In this document: positions 27,237 through 36,164 of the stretch, piece after piece
How positions within the stretch are numbered: the first letter of the stretch is position 1
Layout of the letters: each line of letters opens with the position of its first letter
DNA from: Spirochaetota bacterium
GTDB lineage: Bacteria > Spirochaetota > Spirochaetia > DSM-27196 > SLST01
Assembly: GCA_048624115.1 (NCBI GenBank)
Contig: JBMCTC010000001.1
Span: 1-44,818, forward strand
Length of the DNA: 44,818 bases
Reading direction: 5' to 3'
Notes under the pieces: model-generated
The model's input: the letters and a program-made list of their open reading frames with translations, nothing else
What the model was told of the DNA's origin: nothing
The model's database searches: none
Position numbers and translations under genes: made by a program

Positions 27237-28387
27237 CAGTCGTTCGGCGGATTATGGCACGCGATCACGTGGCCGTCACGATCCTTACCGAGGATTGGGA
27301 TCACCTTGTCGCAAACGTCGATACGGTGACGGCAGCGTGGGTGAAAAGTACAACCAGACGGAGGATTCACTGGAGACGGAACGTCGCCCTCGGGAGGTCG
27401 TAACTCGTTTGGATGATCCGGATCGGCAACGGGTACGGCAGAGAGCAGTGAGATCGTGTAGGGATGACGAGGGTTCGCGTAAAGCTGCTCTGCCCGTGCC
27501 GTCTCGACAATCTTGCCAAGATACATAACGGCAACCCGATCACTGATGTACTGGACAACACTCAGATCGTGAGCGATAAACACAAATGTCAGGTCAAAGT
27601 CATCCTGAAGCGAGATCAGAAGATTCAAGATCTGCGCCTGGATCGAAACGTCGAGTGCGCTCACCGGTTCATCACAGATGATAAGCGATGGGGTGAGCGC
27701 GAGCGCACGGGCAATACCGATCCGCTGGCGCTGTCCGCCTGAGAACTCGTGCGGATACCGGTTTGCAGCCTGTGGGGGGAGCCCGACCTTCTCGAGAAGC
27801 TCGTGAACCCATCGGTCGAGCGCGCGTCCGCTGTGCGTACCGAACTCTCGCGGACCTTCCCCGACGATATCCTTTACAACCTGGTGCGGGTTCAAGCTTG
27901 CCCACGGGTCCTGAAAAACCATTTGGATGCGCCGACGATTCTGCTTGAGCTGCTCTTTGCTCATGCTCAGCAAATCACTGCCTTTTGCCAACGCATCCGC
28001 GGTGCGCTTCTGCTGTCTAATTGCCTGATTCAGCTCCCGTATCCGATTTTTGTCCGCGCTTGTCTTCGTGGGTTGGCTGGAAAGCTGAGCAAGCTCCTCT
28101 TTGTGAGCCTCAGTTGCCTCGTCTATCTCGGTTACCTGGCTTACGACACGCTCGTCGGGATCGATAAAGACACGTCCGGCATCTGGCTCATAAAGCCTGA
28201 GCAAGCACCGTCCTACCGTCGTTTTGCCGCATCCCGACTCTCCAACAAGACCAAGCGTCTCGCCACGCTTCAACTCGAGATTCACGCCGTCGACGGCACG
28301 AAGAGCCAGCGTATTTGTCGAGAAGGCACTCGCCTTCACGGGAAATATCTTCTTGAGATTCGTAATCTTCAGTATTGTATCACTCAC
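27236..28387 (-). CDS. Oligopeptide/dipeptide ABC transporter ATP-binding protein (OppF/DppF-like) with a ~65-aa insertion
   Basis: Walker [10 protein letters not shown], signature [15 protein letters not shown] and a C-terminal Cys motif [14 protein letters not shown]. The GTG at 28387 overlaps the OppD-like stop (GTGAGTGA). The track ORF extends to 28522 inside the upstream gene. Confidence 0.85.
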   Translation of the reverse strand: MSDTILKITNLKKIFPVKASAFSTNTLALRAVDGVNLELKRGETLGLVGESGCGKTTVGRCLLRLYEPDAGRVFIDPDERVVSQVTEIDEATEAHKEELAQLSSQPTKTSADKNRIRELNQAIRQQKRTADALAKGSDLLSMSKEQLKQNRRRIQMVFQDPWASLNPHQVVKDIVGEGPREFGTHSGRALDRWVHELLEKVGLPPQAANRYPHEFSGGQRQRIGIARALALTPSLIICDEPVSALDVSIQAQILNLLISLQDDFDLTFVFIAHDLSVVQYISDRVAVMYLGKIVETARAEQLYANPRHPYTISLLSAVPVADPDHPNELRPPEGDVPSPVNPPSGCTFHPRCRHRIDVCDKVIPILGKDRDGHVIACHNPPND

Positions 28388-29474
28388 GGCGTGCTCCAGC
28401 CTCACTCGCTTGTGAGGTCTTGTCCCTCTTGCGGTTTCGCCGCTGAGCCGCCTTAACCTCTTGGTAGGCGGGCGTCTCGGCAATCTCATCACTATAGAGG
28501 AAGCAGCGAACCTGATGGCCACTTTCTATCTCCACCAGCGCCGGCTCGGCTTCCCAACACTTCGCCATTACCTTTTTGCAGCGTGGTGCAAAGCGGCACC
28601 CTTTCGGGAAGTTGCGGTGATCGGGAAGAGTGCCCGGAATAGCGTTCAATAGCCGTCGAGACCCGTCGGGATTCTTCTTGATCTCACCGAGGACGGGGAT
28701 ACTGCCCAGCAGTCCCTGTGTATATGGATGCATGGGCTTCTTGAATAGCTCGTGCACCTCCGCCTGTTCAACAACGACACCGGCGTACATGACCATCACG
28801 CGGTCGGCAAAACTCGCGATCACCGCCAGGTCGTGGGTAATGAACATGATTGACGTTCCCGTGCGCTCTTTCAGCTCACCCATGAGCCTGAGAATCTGAG
28901 CTTGAATCGTCACGTCGAGCGCCGTAGTGGGTTCGTCCGCAATCATGACATCAGGCTCACACGCCATCGCGATTGCAATCATGACCCGCTGGCGAAGGCC
29001 GCCGGAGAGCTGGAACGGATACTCTTTAACTCGCTCTTCGGGATCACTCATGCCGACGAGCCCGAGGAGTCGTGCGCTTTCGACAAGAGCCTCATCTTTG
29101 TCCATGTTGCGGTGCAACATGAGCACTTCGGAGATCTGATAACCGATTGAGTAAACCGGATTGAGGCTCGTCATCGGCTCCTGGAAAATCATTGAGATGT
29201 TGTTTCCGCGGATCGAGCGCATCTCCGTTTCAGTAAGCTTCAGAAGATCACGGCCGCGAAGTAACACCTGACCGGCTTCAATCTTTCCGGGAGGATCGGG
29301 CACGAGCCGCATAATCGACATCGATGTTTGTGACTTACCGCACCCGGACTCTCCGACAATCCCAAGGGTTTCGCCGTGGTTCAGTTCGAAGTCAACGCCG
29401 TCAACGGCGCGTACGGTGTAGCCGTGCATATGGAAGTGGGTCTTGAGACCCTTCACTTCTAGCAGTTTGCTCAT
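28380..29474 (-). CDS. Oligopeptide/dipeptide ABC transporter ATP-binding protein (OppD/DppD-like)
   Basis: Walker [10 protein letters not shown], signature [16 protein letters not shown] and C-terminal [14 protein letters not shown]. Confidence 0.9.
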   Translation of the reverse strand: MSKLLEVKGLKTHFHMHGYTVRAVDGVDFELNHGETLGIVGESGCGKSQTSMSIMRLVPDPPGKIEAGQVLLRGRDLLKLTETEMRSIRGNNISMIFQEPMTSLNPVYSIGYQISEVLMLHRNMDKDEALVESARLLGLVGMSDPEERVKEYPFQLSGGLRQRVMIAIAMACEPDVMIADEPTTALDVTIQAQILRLMGELKERTGTSIMFITHDLAVIASFADRVMVMYAGVVVEQAEVHELFKKPMHPYTQGLLGSIPVLGEIKKNPDGSRRLLNAIPGTLPDHRNFPKGCRFAPRCKKVMAKCWEAEPALVEIESGHQVRCFLYSDEIAETPAYQEVKAAQRRNRKRDKTSQASEAGARRE

Positions 29475-29483
29475 AGTAGTTCC

Positions 29484-30998
29484 TTAATGCTTACTCTTGG
29501 GGTCAACGGCATCACGGATTCCGTCGCCAAAGAAGTTCCAAGCAAGTATCGCGAGGAAGATCATTACTCCGGGAATGAGAATCCACGGGAACTGATTGAC
29601 GACACGATAGTTTCGCGCAACCGACAACATCAACCCCCAACTACTCTGAGGTTCGGTAATACCCAGGCCGAGTACGCTCAATGCGCTCTCACCGAGGATA
29701 AACGCCGGGATTGACAGGGTAAGCTGTACAATGACGAAAGAGAGCGTGTTCGGGAGGATATGCCGACGTATGATCTTCAGGCTCCCGAGCCCCATGGTGC
29801 GCGCGCTCATGACGAAGTCTTCACTCTTGATCGAAAGGACAAGGCCGCGAATGATACGAGCCAGGCCGGCCCAACTGACAAACGAGAGTATAACGACTAT
29901 CAGCAAATAGACTTGCACCGACGTAAGACTGGGCGGAAACGCAGCGCGCAGCGCAAACAATAAGTAAAGACTCGGGATCGAGAGTACGACCTCTGCCATA
30001 CGCATCAAAACGTTGTCAACGACTCCTCCGGCGTAGCCGGCAATGCCACCAAACAAGAGACCAATGACAAACGTAATTGATGCACCTATTAGTCCAACCG
30101 TTAGGGAGACGCGCGATCCGTGCATCAGGCGGCTTACAATGTCACGGCCGATTGCATCAGTCCCCAGGGGAAAGAAACCGGTCGTTGGGGACGTGACCAA
30201 GTGGCGGTTTGCGCGGAAGAGACCAAGGAAGCGATATGGTGTACCGCGAGCGAACAAGCCGAGGAAGTTTTTGTTTCCCTTGGCAATGATAAGCTCCTGC
30301 GGAACCTCGTCTCCTTCAATCATGACCGTTCTCGCTCGAAAACGCTCTCGGGCGTCAGGATCCGGGTCGCGTTCGACGCGGTCAATGGCCGCGGAGAGCC
30401 GAGTGAGAATCTCGGAATCTGCCGGAATACGATAGAAGGACGCAGCTTCGTCGAGAAGAAACTCTTTCCGTTCGGCCGGTGTTCTTCCGGTCGTAACAGC
30501 GGGCGCGGTGTTTCGTCCAGGCTGATTCGAGAGAAATACCAATCGCATCGCTCGTTCGGGTATGACACCGTACTCTCGAAACGCAACATTGACCTGGCGT
30601 TGTTCGAAGACGTACGGTCGGAACTCACGACCGTCCGGGCCGTCGTACATCATGTAGAGTCTCGTAGGTGGATGGTACGGTTTGTTCTTGTCGGTCCACG
30701 TCATATCGAACGGTGCAAGGAAATCGGCGAAAAGCGCTACACCGTAAAGAACAACGAGAATAACAAGTCCAATTTTTCCGAGCGTATGCTTGCGAAAGCG
30801 CCGAACATATATGCTCCACATGCTCTCAGAGCGTTGGGAGATACCTTCTCGAGAACCAAGAATCTCGTTCTTTGTACGTGTGTCCGTCGCGTCGCCAAAA
30901 GTCGCCGCATCGACTTGAGCTTCATCGGTTTGCACAAAATCGGTACTGGTTTCCGTCTTTGGATCGATTGCTGTATCTCGTTCTTTGTCGTTTGCCAT
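29484..30998 (-). CDS. Peptide ABC transporter permease (OppC/DppC-like) with a long N-terminal tail and an enlarged first periplasmic loop
   Basis: Canonical OppC motif LGTDAIGRDIVSRLMHGSR, then 5 TM helices and an EAA-like loop. 504 aa against a typical ~300. Confidence 0.85.
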   Translation of the reverse strand: MANDKERDTAIDPKTETSTDFVQTDEAQVDAATFGDATDTRTKNEILGSREGISQRSESMWSIYVRRFRKHTLGKIGLVILVVLYGVALFADFLAPFDMTWTDKNKPYHPPTRLYMMYDGPDGREFRPYVFEQRQVNVAFREYGVIPERAMRLVFLSNQPGRNTAPAVTTGRTPAERKEFLLDEAASFYRIPADSEILTRLSAAIDRVERDPDPDARERFRARTVMIEGDEVPQELIIAKGNKNFLGLFARGTPYRFLGLFRANRHLVTSPTTGFFPLGTDAIGRDIVSRLMHGSRVSLTVGLIGASITFVIGLLFGGIAGYAGGVVDNVLMRMAEVVLSIPSLYLLFALRAAFPPSLTSVQVYLLIVVILSFVSWAGLARIIRGLVLSIKSEDFVMSARTMGLGSLKIIRRHILPNTLSFVIVQLTLSIPAFILGESALSVLGLGITEPQSSWGLMLSVARNYRVVNQFPWILIPGVMIFLAILAWNFFGDGIRDAVDPKSKH

Positions 30999-32140
30999 CA
31001 GCTTATCCTAATCCGCGGGTCTACAATCGCGAGCAGTATGTCGGCTATGAGGTTTCCTATCACCAAGAGAACCGATGTGTAGATCAGTATTCCCATGACC
31101 AAAAAGAGGTCCTGGGATATGACTGCACGAAGGGCGACCCTTCCTAAACCCGGCCACGCGAGCACGTTTTCGGTAAGGGCAGCGCCCGAGAGAACGGTTG
31201 AAATCTGGAAACCGAGGATGGTAATCATTGGATTGATCGCGTTGCGAAGCGCATGCCGATAGATGACCTTCTTCTCAGTCTGGCCCTTGCTGCGCGCGGT
31301 GACTATGTACTGCTGATTCATGATATCGAGCATATTCGCTCGCATGATTCGCGTGAGTCCGGCCATGGCGCTCGTTCCGATAACAAACACCGGCAAGATA
31401 AGATGTCGGATGCGGTCCCATATTTGACCTAAGAAAGAGAGTTGGTCGTGGTCGATACTCATCATGCCACCGATCGGCAGCCAGGTTCCGGGTGGATTGC
31501 TTGTCGCCGTAATGATGTAGAGCATCAAGAATGCGAGAAAGAAGTTTGGAATGGCAAGCCCGAAAAACGCGAAGGCACTGAGCGTCTGGTCCTGCCACTT
31601 ATACTGGTGGGTCGCTCCGATTATGCCGGCTGGAATACTGAAACCCCACGCGAGAATCAGACTCGTGACCGAAAGCAGAATGGTCGCCGCGGCACGCTGG
31701 CGAACGACAAAGAAGACCGGCGCCTTAAAGAGTTCTGAGAACCCAAAATCGAAGCGAGCAATAACGTTCCAGATGTATCTGAAAAACTGAACGATAGCAG
31801 GTTGGTCAAGCCCAAACCGAGCACGGAAGAGTTCGAGATCAGCGGGACGAATGTCCGGATTGAGCGCGAGCGCCGTGAAGATGTCTCCAGGCGCTATCTC
31901 AATTAGGACGAAACCAATCGCAATAATCGTGAGAACGACCGGAATCATATGGATAAGGCGTCTCAAGATAAAACGCAGCATCATGGGGCTGAGCCATATC
32001 AGACGGATCATCCACATGAGTATCTCGGTGACAAAAAGCGCCCCAAACCAACCCCAGGGTGTAGTGATCAACAGTGTTACGAACACTGCGACGTCCAAGA
32101 TTAGGGTGAGTCGCCAGTCAACTCTCTTGGTAAGTGTCAT
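30998..32140 (-). CDS. Peptide ABC transporter permease (OppB/DppB-like)
   Basis: The canonical OppB N-terminus MLRFILRRLIHMIPV begins at residue 54. EAA region IVTARSKGQTEKKVIYRHALRNA. The upstream ATG at 32140 has an AAGGA Shine-Dalgarno and adds a 52-aa hydrophobic extension. The stop shares 1 nt with the oppC-like ATG. Confidence 0.85.
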   Translation of the reverse strand: MTLTKRVDWRLTLILDVAVFVTLLITTPWGWFGALFVTEILMWMIRLIWLSPMMLRFILRRLIHMIPVVLTIIAIGFVLIEIAPGDIFTALALNPDIRPADLELFRARFGLDQPAIVQFFRYIWNVIARFDFGFSELFKAPVFFVVRQRAAATILLSVTSLILAWGFSIPAGIIGATHQYKWQDQTLSAFAFFGLAIPNFFLAFLMLYIITATSNPPGTWLPIGGMMSIDHDQLSFLGQIWDRIRHLILPVFVIGTSAMAGLTRIMRANMLDIMNQQYIVTARSKGQTEKKVIYRHALRNAINPMITILGFQISTVLSGAALTENVLAWPGLGRVALRAVISQDLFLVMGILIYTSVLLVIGNLIADILLAIVDPRIRIS

Positions 32141-32242
32141 ACGTTAATAGTCCTTGCTCAAAATGGAGCCAAACCAGGGGAGCGGGCTCACTTGGTTTGG
32201 CCTTGATAGCTTTCTCAGCGCCACCATTCACGCCTGGTGATG

Positions 32243-32285
32243 CGAAGAAAGCCGACGATCCGCCGCACAATACGGCGGATCGTCG
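32243..32285 (-). terminator. Intrinsic terminator/attenuator hairpin between the binding-protein gene and the permease genes
   Basis: Minus strand CGACGATCCGCCG-TATTGTG-CGGCGGATCGTCG (perfect 13-bp stem) followed by GCTTTCTTCG. It lies 33 nt downstream of the binding-protein stop. Confidence 0.55.
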
Positions 32286-32317
32286 TGCGCGACTAGACTT
32301 GCGCCTACTCGCGCTTA

Positions 32318-34231
32318 CTAATCGCCAACCGTGTAAATGCGGTGGGCGGTGTAGATAAGACCAAAGCCGTCGATCGGCTGAGGCTGAATGTTCTGGTACT
32401 GCTCCTTCACAGCGGTCATGGTTGCCGCGTTGAAGGTGTAGACCCAAGGTACTTCCTCAATCCAGATCTCCTGGATGATTTGGAAACCCTCTTTCCGCTG
32501 ATCTTCGTCGGTCGTGTTGTTAGCCATGATCCAAGCTTCGTCAACCCGGCGCTCCCAGTCACGTCGTGGGTTTTCCTGGTTCGGCTCGATCATGTGCAGG
32601 TTTCCGCTCGATGGGTAGACGTTCTGACCGCTAATCGGATCAACCGAGCCGGTCAAGCCAATCAGGATCAGCTCCCAGTCGAAGCTCGAGGTCAACTGAC
32701 CAACGAGTGCGTTGAAGTCAATCGGGTTGAAGTTGATCTCAATCCCAACGTTGCGAGCTTCCTGTGCAAAGAGTTCACCGAGGGACTCACGAACCTGGTT
32801 ACCGCTGTTGGTAGATAGCGTCAGGCTGATCTTATTGCCATCGGGGTCTTCACGAAATCCGTCACCGTCGCGATCGATGTAGTCAATGCTATCGAGCATA
32901 TCGGAAGCGGCATCTGGATCATATGCGAATGCCGCGTCGTCTGCGCCGTCCCAGTAGTAGGGGCTAAAGCGAGGCACGAAGCTGTACTGCGGATAACCGA
33001 AGCCGAACGCTATGTTGTCGATGATCGTATCGCGATCAACGAGGTGAGCCATGGCCTGTCGAAAGGTCTTGTTCGAGAGCCATGTCAACTGCGGCTCCTC
33101 GATACCTCCGTCGTCCTCTCCCTCGATCGGGTTCTGGTTGAAGGTAATGAACTCCGTGCTGGAAGCAGGTCCGACGTTGTAGATTCGGAATCCGAGCTCT
33201 TCCTGTCGATCGACGAGAACACCGTAGTCTTCACCGCGCATGCCGTACGCATCGCTTTCACCGGCGATGAATCGTTGGAGTTCCGTGTCCTGATCCTCTA
33301 CATAAACGTAGACCATTTCATCGAGATACGGAAGATCGTTACCCTCCTCGTCGTCTTCCCAGTAATTAGGGTTAGGAACAAGAGTGATCGACTGATCCGG
33401 CACATACTCACCGAGCAGCCACGGTCCACTCGAGACAACCTCGGTAACATCGATGTCGACGCCCCAGAAACTGGTTACCGCAGAGTAGTCAACGCCCTCG
33501 GGCTTGACCTCTTCGAAGCTCTCGCTGCCGTCTTCGTTGGTGACGACGTCGAACTCGTACGCAAGACCATGCTCGTCTTCATCCCAACCGATAACATCTG
33601 CGAAAATGTGCATTGGGTATGCAGGAAGACCAGAGTTGGTCAAGATGCCGGCGGTGACCTCGTGGAAGGTAACACTGTAGGTCCGGTCGTCAATGTACTC
33701 CCAAATGAGCGGTCGCTCACTGCCGTCGGTGAGCGCCTGAATCTGGCTGCTTCGACTGTTTGAACCGATGTCTTCACGCAAGACAAGTTGGTTCGCGGAA
33801 AAGACAAAGTCCTTTGCCGTAATCGGAGTACCGTCCGACCACTCGAGTCCCTCACGCAGGGTGTAAGTGACGGTTAGTTCGTCGTCTGAGATTTCCCAGC
33901 TTTCCGCCATGGAAGGCTCGAACTCAAGCGAAAACTGGTTTCGGCGGATCGGGCCCGAGTACAGGAGCGACGTAACGTCGGTACTGCTGGTCTCAGCAGC
34001 GACAACGTCGTTGAACGTTCGGGGGGGGCTTCCGAACCGGCTCAACACCATTCGGCCACCAGGGTTACCAATCTGCCAGCCTGCCTCTCGATCGATGTCC
34101 AATACACCGACGAACTGGCTTTCTCCTTCCTCTGGAATCTCAGCGACCTCTTCCTCCGCACATCCAACGAAAACGAGGATGGGGACGAGGAGAACCGCCA
34201 AGAAGATCAGAACAGAAGTTTTCTTCTTCAT
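32318..34231 (-). CDS. Family-5 peptide/oligosaccharide-binding lipoprotein (OppA/DppA-like)
   Basis: ATG at 34231 preceded by TAAGGAGG. Lipoprotein signal MKKKTSVLIFLAVLLVPILVFVGC. 637 aa, acidic. It is the first gene of the ABC operon. Confidence 0.85.
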   Translation of the reverse strand: MKKKTSVLIFLAVLLVPILVFVGCAEEEVAEIPEEGESQFVGVLDIDREAGWQIGNPGGRMVLSRFGSPPRTFNDVVAAETSSTDVTSLLYSGPIRRNQFSLEFEPSMAESWEISDDELTVTYTLREGLEWSDGTPITAKDFVFSANQLVLREDIGSNSRSSQIQALTDGSERPLIWEYIDDRTYSVTFHEVTAGILTNSGLPAYPMHIFADVIGWDEDEHGLAYEFDVVTNEDGSESFEEVKPEGVDYSAVTSFWGVDIDVTEVVSSGPWLLGEYVPDQSITLVPNPNYWEDDEEGNDLPYLDEMVYVYVEDQDTELQRFIAGESDAYGMRGEDYGVLVDRQEELGFRIYNVGPASSTEFITFNQNPIEGEDDGGIEEPQLTWLSNKTFRQAMAHLVDRDTIIDNIAFGFGYPQYSFVPRFSPYYWDGADDAAFAYDPDAASDMLDSIDYIDRDGDGFREDPDGNKISLTLSTNSGNQVRESLGELFAQEARNVGIEINFNPIDFNALVGQLTSSFDWELILIGLTGSVDPISGQNVYPSSGNLHMIEPNQENPRRDWERRVDEAWIMANNTTDEDQRKEGFQIIQEIWIEEVPWVYTFNAATMTAVKEQYQNIQPQPIDGFGLIYTAHRIYTVGD

Positions 34232-34264
34232 CAGTTCCTCCTTAGAACTAGGATAAGTTGCGAT

Positions 34265-34293
34265 AATGTAACCCGTTTCGGGCAAGCATGCAA
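34265..34293 (-). promoter_or_regulatory. Candidate sigma70-type promoter of the peptide ABC operon
   Basis: Minus strand TTGCAT - 17 nt - TACATT, about 34 nt upstream of the ATG at 34231. By eye only. Confidence 0.35.
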
Positions 34294-34408
34294 CTGCGTG
34301 GCTCAGATTTGAAGGGGCAATCGACCGATTCCTACATTCACGAAAGGCGCGAACGCAGAACCTACGAAATGGTGGGACCGCGAGGAGGCTCGGCCCCACC
34401 AACAAACG

Positions 34409-36154
34409 TCATTTCACGTACACTGGGCGCGACGTGTAATGGGTATGGAGATACTTGTGACTCTTCTCGCTCAGAGGCTTATCGAGGAACTCCTTGTAGA
34501 GAGCTTGGATTGCAGGGTTCTGATGGCTGCACCGGATCTCTTGATTGACATCGTCCTGGTAGAGCGCCGCGATGCGCTTCTCACGAATCGCGTCGGTGCC
34601 TCCATAGGGCTGGCCACCGCCGGCAACACAACCGCCGCGACATGCCATGACCTCGATAAAGTGGTACGGAGGCTCCTTACCCTCGGCCAAAGCCGCCTTT
34701 ACCTCATCCAACACAAGTTTAATGTTCTTCATGTTGTGGGCGACGGCGACGCGGACTTCCTTGCCCGCGATCTCCAACGTGGCTCTCTTGATGCCCTCGA
34801 GTCCCCGGATTGCCTTGAACTCAACCTCTTCGAGCTCCTCACCCGTGATCAGGTGATATCCCGTCCGAAGCGCCGCTTCCATGACACCGCCGGTTGCGCC
34901 AAAGATTGTACCGGCACCGGTGTAGATGCCAAGCGCGGAGTCGGCCTCTTCATCGGGTAGACTCTCAAATGTGATGCCGGCCTGCTTGATCATGCGGCTC
35001 AGCTCACGCGTTGTGATTACCACGTCAATGTCCTGAGTACCCGAGGAGTACATGTTTTCGTCCCGGACGATCTCGTACTTCTTTGAGGTACACGGCATGA
35101 CGGAGGCCATGAAAATATCTTCCGGCTTCTTGCCGATCTTCTGCGCGTAGTAGGTCTTTACCATTGCGGCCATCATCATCTGCGGGCTCTTCGCAGTCGA
35201 GAAGTGGGGGATCATCTCGGAGTAGTACTTCTCCATGTAATCGACCCAGCTCGGACAACACGTAGTAATGAGCGGGAGGGGACCATGGCCGTTGATCACC
35301 CGCTCTACGAACTCGCTTCCTTCTTCCATGATGGTGAGATCCGCCGCGAAGTTGGTGTCAAACACCGTGTCAAAACCGAGCCGCCTGAGGGCAGCGTAGA
35401 TCTTGCCGGTCACAATCGAGCCGGGCTCCATGCCAAACGCCTCGCCGAGCGCGACCCGGACCGCCGGAGCGATCTGCACGACGGTGTGCTTCTTCTCGTC
35501 GCGCACCGCGTCGTATACCTGGTTTGTGTCGTCCTTCTCGAAAATCGCACCGACCGGGCAGTGCGCCGAGCACTGACCACACTTGATGCAGGGACTCTCA
35601 TTGAGGGCAATGTCGCCGGCGGGAGCCATGCGAGTACCGTCTCCCCGCCCAATGAACTCGAGCGCCCACACGTCTTGCAGCCCCTGACACACCTTTACGC
35701 ATCGACCACAGCCAATGCACTTCTCCGGGTTCAACACGATCGAGGGAGTCGATGTGTCGGCGGGAATGTCCTTGACGATACTCTCGTACGGCTGCTCGCG
35801 GATGCCGAAATCCGCGGCGAGCTTTTGCAGCTCACACGTCCCGTTTCTCGGGCAGGTGAGACACGTGTTCGGGTGCGTCGAGAGAATTAGCTCAATCACG
35901 GTTCGCCGAACCTCTTGAAGCTCGGGGTCGTGCGTAACGACCTTCATTCCCTCGGTCGCCTCGAGCGTACACGCTCGGATGAGCTTCCGGCTCCCTTCGA
36001 CCTTGACCACGCAGATGCCACAGGCGGCCCAAGCGGGAAGGTCCGAGTGATAACAGAGTTTCGGGATTGCTACATTCGCAGATGCCGCTGCATCGAGAAC
36101 GTTGGTCCCTTCGTTGACTGAAACTGGAATTCCGTTTATTTCAAGATTTACCAT
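34409..36154 (-). CDS. hydA: [FeFe]-hydrogenase catalytic subunit (HydA/HndD type, group A3-like)
   Basis: H-cluster motifs TTCCPSW, VMPCTSKKYE and EVMACRGGCVAGGGQP. N-terminal 2Fe-2S and multiple 4Fe-4S Cys motifs (CIGCGRCVKVC, CIKCGQCSAHCP). ATG at 36154 (MVNLEINGIPV) after AAGGAG. Confidence 0.95.
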   Translation of the reverse strand: MVNLEINGIPVSVNEGTNVLDAAASANVAIPKLCYHSDLPAWAACGICVVKVEGSRKLIRACTLEATEGMKVVTHDPELQEVRRTVIELILSTHPNTCLTCPRNGTCELQKLAADFGIREQPYESIVKDIPADTSTPSIVLNPEKCIGCGRCVKVCQGLQDVWALEFIGRGDGTRMAPAGDIALNESPCIKCGQCSAHCPVGAIFEKDDTNQVYDAVRDEKKHTVVQIAPAVRVALGEAFGMEPGSIVTGKIYAALRRLGFDTVFDTNFAADLTIMEEGSEFVERVINGHGPLPLITTCCPSWVDYMEKYYSEMIPHFSTAKSPQMMMAAMVKTYYAQKIGKKPEDIFMASVMPCTSKKYEIVRDENMYSSGTQDIDVVITTRELSRMIKQAGITFESLPDEEADSALGIYTGAGTIFGATGGVMEAALRTGYHLITGEELEEVEFKAIRGLEGIKRATLEIAGKEVRVAVAHNMKNIKLVLDEVKAALAEGKEPPYHFIEVMACRGGCVAGGGQPYGGTDAIREKRIAALYQDDVNQEIRCSHQNPAIQALYKEFLDKPLSEKSHKYLHTHYTSRPVYVK

Positions 36155-36164
36155 CGTTTGCTCC

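Noticed and set aside
34232-34405. TTG-initiated 58-codon extension of the OppA-like ORF.
   Set aside because: The ATG at 34231 has a perfect TAAGGAGG Shine-Dalgarno and is followed at once by a lipoprotein signal peptide. The extension would bury the signal peptide.
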